A stretch of 64,000 bases of DNA from an uncultured virus (IMG/VR IMGVR_UViG_3300032562_000011). Lineage: Duplodnaviria > Heunggongvirae > Uroviricota > Caudoviricetes. The stretch lies in IMG/VR virus record IMGVR_UViG_3300032562_000011. One strand, written 5' to 3'. Shown here in pieces: positions 16,010 through 23,687 of the stretch (its first letter is position 1; every line of letters begins with the position of its first letter). The position numbers were made by a program, and so were the translations under genes. A model generated the notes under the pieces. That model had not been told where the DNA came from, ran no database searches, and saw nothing but the letters and a program-made list of their open reading frames with translations.

Positions 16010-18067
16010 ATGGCAAGAGATAGTGGGTACAAGCAAGTACCTAGCGGCAATATTCAGACTGACTTTGTATGGGGCAACATGGCTCCTCAGACTAACATTG
16101 ACCGTGGCGTTGGAACCCCCGCATACAATGCAACTGGCGGAGGAACTGGCGATAAGGCGTGGGGAACCACAACAGATATTCAGAGCGGACAACTGGCTAC
16201 AAACGACATTTCTGTAACCGCTAACCAGCTCACACTCAAGGCATTCGCAGATAGCCACGTTAACTACGTCGGCAACTGGGAAGCTTTCCCAGGCTACCAA
16301 CAGATTGTTGGTTGGGGCGATAACAACCCAAGCACTTCCTCTGTAACTGGTGCCTCTGTAAGCGGTTCGGCTACTACGCCAACAACCGTAACTTACACAA
16401 CCATCCATCCTTTCGTTGTTGGACAGCTTGTTACCATCACAGGGCTTTCAAACTCTGTCTACAACATCTCAGGCGTAATCGCCACTGTAACAGCTGGTAC
16501 ATCGTTTACTCTCGTTGTCCCAAGCTCTGTAGTTCCTAACACCACAGCTACCTTGACTACTCAGACAGGCACCGCTACTGTTTACTACAACACATCTACC
16601 CTTACAGCCGCTTCTGGAAACGGAACAACTGTTACCTACACAGGAACAAACACCTTCGTAGTTGGTCAGCTCGTAAGCATCTTGGGCTTTACTGGAACAA
16701 CCTTTAACCTAAGCAACGCCCTAGTCGCTACTGCAAGCAGTACCCAGTTCACTGTTACAGCTCCTATTTCAGGAACAGCAACTATTGCTAACCCTGTAAA
16801 GGGTGCGAGCGCTGTCGCTTGGTATCTTGGCACTATTACTACAGTAACTGCTGCTTCTGCTTCAGGTACTACCGCAGTATCTTACACAGCTAACACTGGC
16901 TCAACAGCTACTGTTACAGCTGCTTCAAACGCAACTGTAAACGGCGTTAACGTTGTTACTTACGTAGCTAACAACACATTTAACCCAGGAAACACTGTTT
17001 CTATCTCAGGCATCACAGGAACAACTGCCTACAACCTCTCTAACGTATCTATCTTGAACGCAACTCCTACACAGTTCACTGTGCAGAACGCCGCTTCAGG
17101 AACTGCCGTAACTGGTCAATCAGCTACCGCTACTGCGTCTTCATTGATTGTTGGACAGCCTGTAAATGTTACTGGTCTTGCTACCAGCACAGGTACCTCT
17201 TTGAACCTCTCTAACCTCCCAGTGGCTACCGCTAACGCAACAGGATTTACACTTACCAATGGTTCAAACATCACTGGTACTTCTGTTGCTGGTGCTGGTA
17301 ACTGCGGGCTAGCTCAAGGATATGTAACTGCTACTGTTCCTAGCCTTGTTGGAAAGACAGCTGCGGAAGTAGACCGTCTTCTCGCCATTGCTGACTTGAA
17401 CACAGGAGTTACCAGCTACACCACAACTGGTGCTCTTGCACAAGACCAAAGCCTTACCGTCACAGGTGCGTCTAACTCAGGTGGAACTGTTACCTATGTA
17501 ACTAACACTGGTTATGCTCCAGTTGCAGGTCAGACTATCTCAGTCTACGGCTTGCCAACAGCAGCGTTCAACCTCCAGAACGTGACAGTTGCTACAGGAA
17601 GCTCAACAGGCTTCACAGTAACTAACGCAGCTACTGGAACAACTGTTACAGGCTTCGTTGGAACTTCTGGAACTGTTACCGCAGCATCTTCTGATGGAAC
17701 TAACCACACCTACACCGCGGCTAACACCTTCGTTGCAGGTCAAACAGTTACTATCAGCGGACTGGCTTACCCAGGATACAACGGAACATTCACCGTTATT
17801 GCTTCTGGTTTGAGCACAAGCTCATTCAAGGTAACACCTACATCACCAGTAGCAAGCGGTATCTCGCTCTCAAGCGCTAACGGCTTCTTCTTGGGTATCG
17901 GCGCAAGCGCTCGTATCCCACAGAACGCTAACTTGGTTGCTACTCAGAGCATCGCAGCTGGTGCTTCAAACATCCAGTCAGGTACAGCTATTAACTACAG
18001 CATCTTCGCTCCAATCGGAAACGAATCTGCTGGAACACAAGCTGGAACCTTTACCTATACCTATTAA
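16010..18067 (+). CDS. virion decoration protein with six beta-sandwich repeats and a split PASTA-like domain
   Basis: repeat TVTY..NTF..GQ.V.I.G....N......F.V; VPSLVGKT...LVATQSIAAG. Confidence 0.75.
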   Translation: MARDSGYKQVPSGNIQTDFVWGNMAPQTNIDRGVGTPAYNATGGGTGDKAWGTTTDIQSGQLATNDISVTANQLTLKAFADSHVNYVGNWEAFPGYQQIVGWGDNNPSTSSVTGASVSGSATTPTTVTYTTIHPFVVGQLVTITGLSNSVYNISGVIATVTAGTSFTLVVPSSVVPNTTATLTTQTGTATVYYNTSTLTAASGNGTTVTYTGTNTFVVGQLVSILGFTGTTFNLSNALVATASSTQFTVTAPISGTATIANPVKGASAVAWYLGTITTVTAASASGTTAVSYTANTGSTATVTAASNATVNGVNVVTYVANNTFNPGNTVSISGITGTTAYNLSNVSILNATPTQFTVQNAASGTAVTGQSATATASSLIVGQPVNVTGLATSTGTSLNLSNLPVATANATGFTLTNGSNITGTSVAGAGNCGLAQGYVTATVPSLVGKTAAEVDRLLAIADLNTGVTSYTTTGALAQDQSLTVTGASNSGGTVTYVTNTGYAPVAGQTISVYGLPTAAFNLQNVTVATGSSTGFTVTNAATGTTVTGFVGTSGTVTAASSDGTNHTYTAANTFVAGQTVTISGLAYPGYNGTFTVIASGLSTSSFKVTPTSPVASGISLSSANGFFLGIGASARIPQNANLVATQSIAAGASNIQSGTAINYSIFAPIGNESAGTQAGTFTYTY

Positions 18068-18080
18068 GATATAGAGTAAT

Positions 18081-18111
18081 AAAAAAGCCCCCTAGCAATA
18101 GGGGGCTTTTT
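18081..18111. terminator. bidirectional intrinsic terminator
   Basis: AAAAAAGCCCCCTAgcaaTAGGGGGCTTTTT between convergent genes. Confidence 0.9.
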
Positions 18112-18447
18112 CTATTTCATATACTTAGCTCTTCGGAGCCTACGCCTGTCTGTTTCTGTGGTTCCTGCCCAAATACCCTGCAGTGATGCGTCATTTAACG
18201 CGTATTCCAAACAAGGGTCTTTAAATTGACAAGCATCACATATAGGCTTAATACGCCTTAGGTTAGCCTTAGCGCCCTCTGGAGTCTCAGGAAAGAACAA
18301 CTCAGGGTCAACCTGAGTACATACCTGAGACCCGTCAAAATACGGCGCTTTAGTACCAGTTATGCTTTTGCCAGAACTTCCATGCGTTAATGATTCCTGC
18401 TGGGTCACTTGGGCTCCCGTATCGTTTTTGAATGTATCGTAGGCCAT
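18112..18447 (-). CDS. whiB: WhiB-family transcription factor
   Basis: C..DPELFFP...ICDAC...CLEYAL....GIWAGT...DR; start uncertain. Confidence 0.92.
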   Translation of the reverse strand: MAYDTFKNDTGAQVTQQESLTHGSSGKSITGTKAPYFDGSQVCTQVDPELFFPETPEGAKANLRRIKPICDACQFKDPCLEYALNDASLQGIWAGTTETDRRRLRRAKYMK

Positions 18448-18886
18448 ATTTAATTTGTAAAGACGCGCTATATGTCTTGGTTACCTTGTAATTTCCCCAT
18501 GTAGTTGGTAAGAACTGGGCGATACCTAAAGCGTGGCTTCTCATATTGAGAGCCTTAGGGTTGAAATGACTTTCAGACCCCCAAAGATGGTTTAAGGCAT
18601 TCCATTCCTTAATAGAGAGACCCTTAGAGTATGTCGTTAGGAACGCAATAGTCTGTGGGTCAAAGTACTTCACATATGGGCTGGCTAAGGCTTTCTTAGC
18701 GGCAGACCGTGTAGTAGTTACTGTTAGATATTCGAGCGAAACTGTTACAGTCTTCTCGGGCTTAGCTGTAATAGGCAAAGCATGTACTACAGGCATGAGC
18801 AACTGGCTCCACACTGTAAGGCATACACCCGCCGTTCTAGTTAACTTTTTTAAATCAATTACGAAATTGATTCTGATATTAAGCAT
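18350..18886 (-). CDS. secreted lytic transglycosylase (SLT/Rpf-like)
   Basis: signal-like N-terminus; LWGSESHFNP..A; ALGIAQ; QIKYGLRYI.KRYG; AW.FW..HNWY. Confidence 0.85.
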   Translation of the reverse strand: MLNIRINFVIDLKKLTRTAGVCLTVWSQLLMPVVHALPITAKPEKTVTVSLEYLTVTTTRSAAKKALASPYVKYFDPQTIAFLTTYSKGLSIKEWNALNHLWGSESHFNPKALNMRSHALGIAQFLPTTWGNYKVTKTYSASLQIKYGLRYIQKRYGSPSDPAGIINAWKFWQKHNWY

Positions 18887-19010
18887 CTCTGCTCCTCTCA
18901 GTCATAGCTTTAGCATACACAAGGAAGTACAGCCAACGCCAACTCATAAGGGCGCATTTAGGTAAAAATATTTACTTTTTTTCTGTAAACTTGCATATAT
19001 CGCACTTTTT

Positions 19011-19382
19011 GTGACCCTTATTACGGACAACTCAACGGCTCTCTGCATAAATCTACTATCGAGAACTGGGTTGACATTGGATACATCAACTGTTATAGCA
19101 ACTACCTCATCCGCGCTATTCATAGGAGGCGTCATTCTGGGTGTTGTCCGCTGGGCACTAAAGACTCATACAGAAGCTCTGGTCAAAGAATACTTTTCAG
19201 AGTTAAAGCCTAACCACGGGTCATCCCTCAGTGATGTAATCCGTCTACAAGTACTGCCGATAGTGCAAGAGCTTCGGGAGAACCAGAAGCACATAGAGAA
19301 GGTTGTAGACAAGGTGGATTCTAAAGTAGATAAGCTAGAAGGTCGCTTTGAGCAACACGTAGAGGAATGGGAATCTGAATGA
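19011..19382 (+). CDS. membrane protein in the lysis region
   Basis: one TM helix, ELKPNHGSSL.D motif, coiled-coil tail; start may be TTG 19077. Confidence 0.65.
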   Translation: MTLITDNSTALCINLLSRTGLTLDTSTVIATTSSALFIGGVILGVVRWALKTHTEALVKEYFSELKPNHGSSLSDVIRLQVLPIVQELRENQKHIEKVVDKVDSKVDKLEGRFEQHVEEWESE

Positions 19383-19804
19383 CCGACGCACACAAGCAGC
19401 GGATAACTAATAACTATGTGATGGTTTACCCTGACCACGCCCCTAGAGAAGATGACCCTCACTATAAAGATTTTGAGGCCTATCGCCGCAAGACCAAAGA
19501 CACAGCTCGATGCGCTATTGGCGACCACCGAGATGATTTCTCTGAATGTCTAGGCGGCCTTGAGCTGCACCATTCGCACGTGGAATTCGCCCTTTTGAAC
19601 AACGTTTCATTAGAGTGGCTAGAAAAAGATTACCCAGGCGTTTCTAATCCAGATGAGGTAGGCGCTTGGATTGAATCCGCAGATAACTTGACTTGGTATT
19701 GCGAAGCACATCACCGCGGGCCAGGGGGCGTTCACCACGCAGCAGCCGCGGACTTTGAGGCTGAGAAGTATGTAAAGGGTTTAATAACAAAGGATGATAA
19801 GTGA
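19379..19804 (+). CDS. HNH-like / His-rich metal-binding protein
   Basis: LELHHSHVE...NLTWYCEAHHRG..GVH. Confidence 0.6.
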   Translation: MTDAHKQRITNNYVMVYPDHAPREDDPHYKDFEAYRRKTKDTARCAIGDHRDDFSECLGGLELHHSHVEFALLNNVSLEWLEKDYPGVSNPDEVGAWIESADNLTWYCEAHHRGPGGVHHAAAADFEAEKYVKGLITKDDK

Positions 19805-20289
19805 GCTACACACCTGCTATAGGAGATTATGCTGTAGTACGCACTAATGGCGTGTTCGGTAAGCTTATTCGAGTTGGCACACTTTCTCGCTGGAACCACG
19901 TAATTGTTTATGTTGGAGACGGTTGGATTGTAGAAGCTAATCCTAAAGGTGTTCAGCTACGTCCGTTGAGCGAGTACGACGGAATGAGTCTGGCGTGGAA
20001 CCAGCACGAAAACTTAACCCCAGAACATCGTGCTGCTATCGCGGCAAACGCCCGTGCGCTTGTTGGTAAAGAATATAGCTTTGCCACCATCTTTATTTTA
20101 GCTTTACGTATTCTAGGATTAAAGATACTTTCTAATTTTGCTGTTTTAAGGTACTTAGCAAAGAAAGAAGGATATATCTGCTCAGAACTAGTGGTCACTT
20201 GCTATGACAAAGCGGGCATTTCCATATCCGATAAACCAGATTACTTAACTACTCCAGGGGACTTAGCAGAGAGGTTGATGTACCAGTGA
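19801..20289 (+). CDS. permuted papain-like amidase (YaeF/YiiX, NlpC/P60)
   Basis: WNHVIVYVG..IVEA; GKEY; ICSELV..CY. Confidence 0.85.
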   Translation: MSYTPAIGDYAVVRTNGVFGKLIRVGTLSRWNHVIVYVGDGWIVEANPKGVQLRPLSEYDGMSLAWNQHENLTPEHRAAIAANARALVGKEYSFATIFILALRILGLKILSNFAVLRYLAKKEGYICSELVVTCYDKAGISISDKPDYLTTPGDLAERLMYQ

Positions 20290-21155
20290 CTTCAGGCGTT
20301 GATATTGTAAACATTGCTCGTACTCAAATTGGTTTTGTTGAAGGCCCAAACAACGAGAACCCATACGGAACGTGGTACGGGATTCCAAACGAGAGCTACT
20401 GCGCGATGGGTGTTAGCTGGGTCTTTGCCCAAGCGAACGCATCTCATCTTGTTGCTGCTCAAACACCTAAAGGTTTTGCTTACTGTCCCGCAGGATTGAC
20501 TTGGTTTCAAAAGAATAAACAAATTGTTGATAAGTACTCAGCGCTTCCAGGTGATATTGTCTTTTATTGCTGGTCTGGGAACGGGGTGGCAGACCATGTG
20601 GAAATCGTGGAAGCGGCCTCAAAAGACGGCATAACAGCTATTGGGTTTAACACTGGCCCTGAGTCTTATACAGGTAACCAAGCAAATGGTGATGGCTGTT
20701 ACCGCCGTCACCGCCCCTACCTTTACGTAATGGCTATCGCTCGCCCAGCTTATACAGGTAGCTCTACGCCTACTAAATCTATTTCACAGAATAAAGGAGT
20801 AGCCGTAGGTGTTGCAGGCGCTACCGCTCTAACTGGAGGCGGTGTTGCGGCAATTCACACGGCCAACACCCCAGCTCCTATTCCTACGGCTAAGCCTACT
20901 GTAATAGTGGCTCCGCCTTTCCCAGGCTCATCCGTGTTCAAAGTAGGAGCTAAGGGCAAAGTAGAGTTGGTTGTGGCTAAGGCTTTGGCTAACGCTGGAC
21001 TCATGCCTGCTAACTTAGTCTCTAATGTTCTAACCGCAGAAGAGATTGCGCTTATCCCTGTGTACCAAGGTCTATACCCAGGGCTTAAAGCTTCAAAGGG
21101 CAAAGGTATTGATGCGGCTACTTACACGTCTATGGTGGCTAAGGCTAATGAATGA
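20286..21155 (+). CDS. endolysin, CHAP/NlpC-type amidase
   Basis: YCAMGVSWVF; PGDIVFY; DHVEIV; GFNT; Pro-rich linker to a C-terminal binding domain. Confidence 0.85.
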   Translation: MTSGVDIVNIARTQIGFVEGPNNENPYGTWYGIPNESYCAMGVSWVFAQANASHLVAAQTPKGFAYCPAGLTWFQKNKQIVDKYSALPGDIVFYCWSGNGVADHVEIVEAASKDGITAIGFNTGPESYTGNQANGDGCYRRHRPYLYVMAIARPAYTGSSTPTKSISQNKGVAVGVAGATALTGGGVAAIHTANTPAPIPTAKPTVIVAPPFPGSSVFKVGAKGKVELVVAKALANAGLMPANLVSNVLTAEEIALIPVYQGLYPGLKASKGKGIDAATYTSMVAKANE

Positions 21156-21478
21156 GACACTTTCAGAAAATATCTGACTGGTGCTCCTCCGCTTTTGGCT
21201 CACCTTGGTTCTTAATTATCCATCTAGTCTTTTGGTCTTTTTGGATGACCTTCGCGGCTTTTGACCCGTACCCATTTAATCTGCTCACATTAACCGTATC
21301 TTTAGAATCTATCCTCTTGTCAGGACTTCTCTTGAACGCGACTAACCGCTCAGGGGATGAAGACAGGCGTATAATTACTAAAGACCTAAAACTTGACCAA
21401 GAGACCCACAATCACATTGAGGAGCTCCGACATCACGTAAAAGAGATATTGGAGCACATCCGTGGGGATAAAGCTTAA
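21152..21478 (+). CDS. DUF1003-family membrane protein
   Basis: FGSPWF..H..FW; FDPYPFNLLTL.VSLE. Confidence 0.8.
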   Translation: MRHFQKISDWCSSAFGSPWFLIIHLVFWSFWMTFAAFDPYPFNLLTLTVSLESILLSGLLLNATNRSGDEDRRIITKDLKLDQETHNHIEELRHHVKEILEHIRGDKA

Positions 21479-21689
21479 CTTCAGTAGCCCAGCCCACTTA
21501 GCTATAGCTGGTTCGGCGGGGCTTGCAACATGGGCCGCGACAGGGTATTCTACTGACCCGAAACACCTTGTAGCTGTTGCCACAGCATCGCTAGCTGGTG
21601 TATCATCGCACACAGCGAGTTCGTCTTCACCTAACGTGCAGTCCGACTCGCACATCGTAACACCATACGTAAACAACATAGAGGAGTAA
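21462..21689 (+). CDS. holin-like small membrane protein
   Basis: two short hydrophobic segments; lysis cassette position. Confidence 0.5.
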   Translation: MGIKLNFSSPAHLAIAGSAGLATWAATGYSTDPKHLVAVATASLAGVSSHTASSSSPNVQSDSHIVTPYVNNIEE

Positions 21690-21692
21690 GAC

Positions 21693-22007
21693 ATGGCAAA
21701 GTTCACACGTTCAGAGGAAGTGCTCGTTGAGCACTATGTTTACACAACAGCGTCAGCTGCGGTTGTTTTGTGGCATGAAGGCCACCATAACATCCACACC
21801 ACACTATGGGCGGCACTAATTGGCGTAATTGCGCCAGTCGTTGCAAAGCTTAACCCACGCGGTGCTGTAGCAAAGCTTGCTAAGGAAGAGCACCTAAACG
21901 CGGCAACCACAGACGCTCTCCAGACTGTAGCCGCTTCTGCTGTTGCAGATGCCCAAAAGGTAGTCGCTAAGGCCGCTGTAGATGCTGCTGCTTCAGTAGC
22001 TAAGTAA
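21693..22007 (+). CDS. holin-like protein
   Basis: two TM segments, LNP motif, GAGGAG SD. Confidence 0.55.
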   Translation: MAKFTRSEEVLVEHYVYTTASAAVVLWHEGHHNIHTTLWAALIGVIAPVVAKLNPRGAVAKLAKEEHLNAATTDALQTVAASAVADAQKVVAKAAVDAAASVAK

Positions 22008-22020
22008 GTAGTCATACCAG

Positions 22021-22046
22021 AAGAGCGCCCTTCGGGGCGCTCTTTT
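22021..22046 (+). terminator. intrinsic terminator
   Basis: AAGAGCGCCC-ttcg-GGGCGCTCTTTT. Confidence 0.9.
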
Positions 22047-22076
22047 GCTATACTGATGCCTTAACTAGGAGGACTA

Positions 22077-22346
22077 ATGAAGTGCGATAACTGTTCTAAC
22101 GATGCTCAATACACTCACGCGGACCAAGGCGTAAGCCCTGCTCACTTCTGCCGCAACTGTCTGCCCCCAAATCTATACGAGCGCGCTCAGGCTGGGCATT
22201 TTCCTGTTCAGGACTCTGACACGGAAACAGATTCAGTTGAAGTGCCCGTTGCTAAAAGCAAGTCACAGGTGCGCCGAATCGCTAAAACTTTGGATATCCC
22301 AGAAGAAGATGTCGTATTAGAGACACCTGTAGATGAGGATAATTAG
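22077..22346 (+). CDS. zinc-finger hypothetical protein
   Basis: CDNC...CRNC; AGGAGG SD. Confidence 0.7.
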   Translation: MKCDNCSNDAQYTHADQGVSPAHFCRNCLPPNLYERAQAGHFPVQDSDTETDSVEVPVAKSKSQVRRIAKTLDIPEEDVVLETPVDEDN

Positions 22347-22629
22347 ACAAAAGGCTCTACAGGTACACCCAGTACCAGCACATGCCATGTCTCCAAAAGG
22401 ACCATTTCCAAAAGAAATGATGGCTGAGCCCGTAATTGTGTACGAGTATGACTCTGCGTATGAAGTAGACGGCTCAGACTTTGAGCTAGGGGCTACAGTT
22501 CAAAATAACTTTAAACCACCAAAGTACCTTAGATGTAGCGTATGTCTTGCCCGCGTCATAGAGACTGAAACCCAATACCATGTCTGTGAGGATGTAGATG
22601 GAGAACTACAACCGCCGTCGAACGAGTAG
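22333..22629 (+). CDS. hypothetical protein
   Basis: CSVC...HVC. Confidence 0.6.
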   Translation: MRIIRQKALQVHPVPAHAMSPKGPFPKEMMAEPVIVYEYDSAYEVDGSDFELGATVQNNFKPPKYLRCSVCLARVIETETQYHVCEDVDGELQPPSNE

Positions 22630-23050
22630 AAGCTTTAAAGACCTCCAACGCCAAGACGAGGCTAACAAACGCCTTAACATTGCGCTGGCGATGGGTGAAA
22701 AGGTCCGCGGTGAAGGTGAGACTCGTAAGCAGTGGAGCGACTTTGAGGTGCAAGACGCTAGAGAAGTTACTCCTGTTTATAATCAAATGACCGCCCCTAC
22801 TATTAATCCATCTAGGCCCAGAGCTCTAAAAATAGCCTACAGCAGAGAGGCAGAGAAGCTTGTAGTTAGATTTAGAGATGGAACTTGGTGGGAGTACAAC
22901 GAGGTTCCAGTAGACATCTGGAATGACCTTAAAGTCAGTGATTCCACTGGGCGTTATTTAAAACACTCAGGGCTAGACCAGCACGACAACATGGGACCAT
23001 TTAATCCAGATGAAATGCCAGAAGAAGTAAGGGTGATGTTTAACAACTAG
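22598..23050 (+). CDS. KTSC-domain protein
   Basis: IAY...KLVVRFRDG..WEY..VP..W..L..SDSTGRY. Confidence 0.8.
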   Translation: MENYNRRRTSRSFKDLQRQDEANKRLNIALAMGEKVRGEGETRKQWSDFEVQDAREVTPVYNQMTAPTINPSRPRALKIAYSREAEKLVVRFRDGTWWEYNEVPVDIWNDLKVSDSTGRYLKHSGLDQHDNMGPFNPDEMPEEVRVMFNN

Positions 23051-23340
23051 TGAAAACTTACGGACCACTATACGGCGGAACACTTAGATACTGGCATAAA
23101 AAGGCATTACCTATTGTAGAGGTAGGAAGTACACAAGAGACCGAGCATCCCTTTAGAAAAGGAAAGTGCCTAGTCCTCAGAGCCCCTTTCACAGAAACAG
23201 GCCTTTACTTTGGCCTCTGGTACTATAATCCTAAAGTTAATCCAGATGACGATTTAACAATAGATAAGATACTAGCTGAGGCTATGAAAGGCAGAGACGC
23301 CTGGAAGCCAGAGGACGGACTATTTGATGATATTTTCTAA
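23050..23340 (+). CDS. hypothetical protein
   Basis: coupled ORF. Confidence 0.6.
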   Translation: MKTYGPLYGGTLRYWHKKALPIVEVGSTQETEHPFRKGKCLVLRAPFTETGLYFGLWYYNPKVNPDDDLTIDKILAEAMKGRDAWKPEDGLFDDIF

Positions 23341-23569
23341 GCCTAAAGAACCTTGGACTAAACCTTTTTCAGAAAAAGTAGCTAAGCGCATCTCTAGGAT
23401 ACCAACAGGAGAACTTGAGCTTTGGGTAGACCAAGCCTTGTATGAAGTAGGGCGTTGCATGTCCAGCTACCAAAAGAATAGACAAGCCGTTTATCTAGAT
23501 GAAGCCCTCAAAGGCGCGGAAGCATTGCATGCAGTGGTTGACGAACTGCACAATCGAATGACGCGTTAA
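23324..23569 (+). CDS. hypothetical helical protein
   Basis: coupled ORF. Confidence 0.6.
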   Translation: MMIFSKPKEPWTKPFSEKVAKRISRIPTGELELWVDQALYEVGRCMSSYQKNRQAVYLDEALKGAEALHAVVDELHNRMTR

Positions 23570-23637
23570 TAACTAATCTTATTGGTGTGATACACTAAGC
23601 CTAGCCTCTTGTCCTCTCCCCGTAGGGGCAGCAGAAC

Positions 23638-23664
23638 GCCTGAGTTTAACAACTCAGGCTTTTT
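23638..23664 (+). terminator. intrinsic terminator
   Basis: GCCTGAGTT-taac-AACTCAGGC-TTTTT. Confidence 0.85.
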
Positions 23665-23687
23665 GTTCTAAATTAGACTAGAGGCAT

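Noticed and set aside
22077..23569. small terminase subunit among the genes upstream of terL
   Set aside because: No ORF shows a motif I can recognise; left unassigned.
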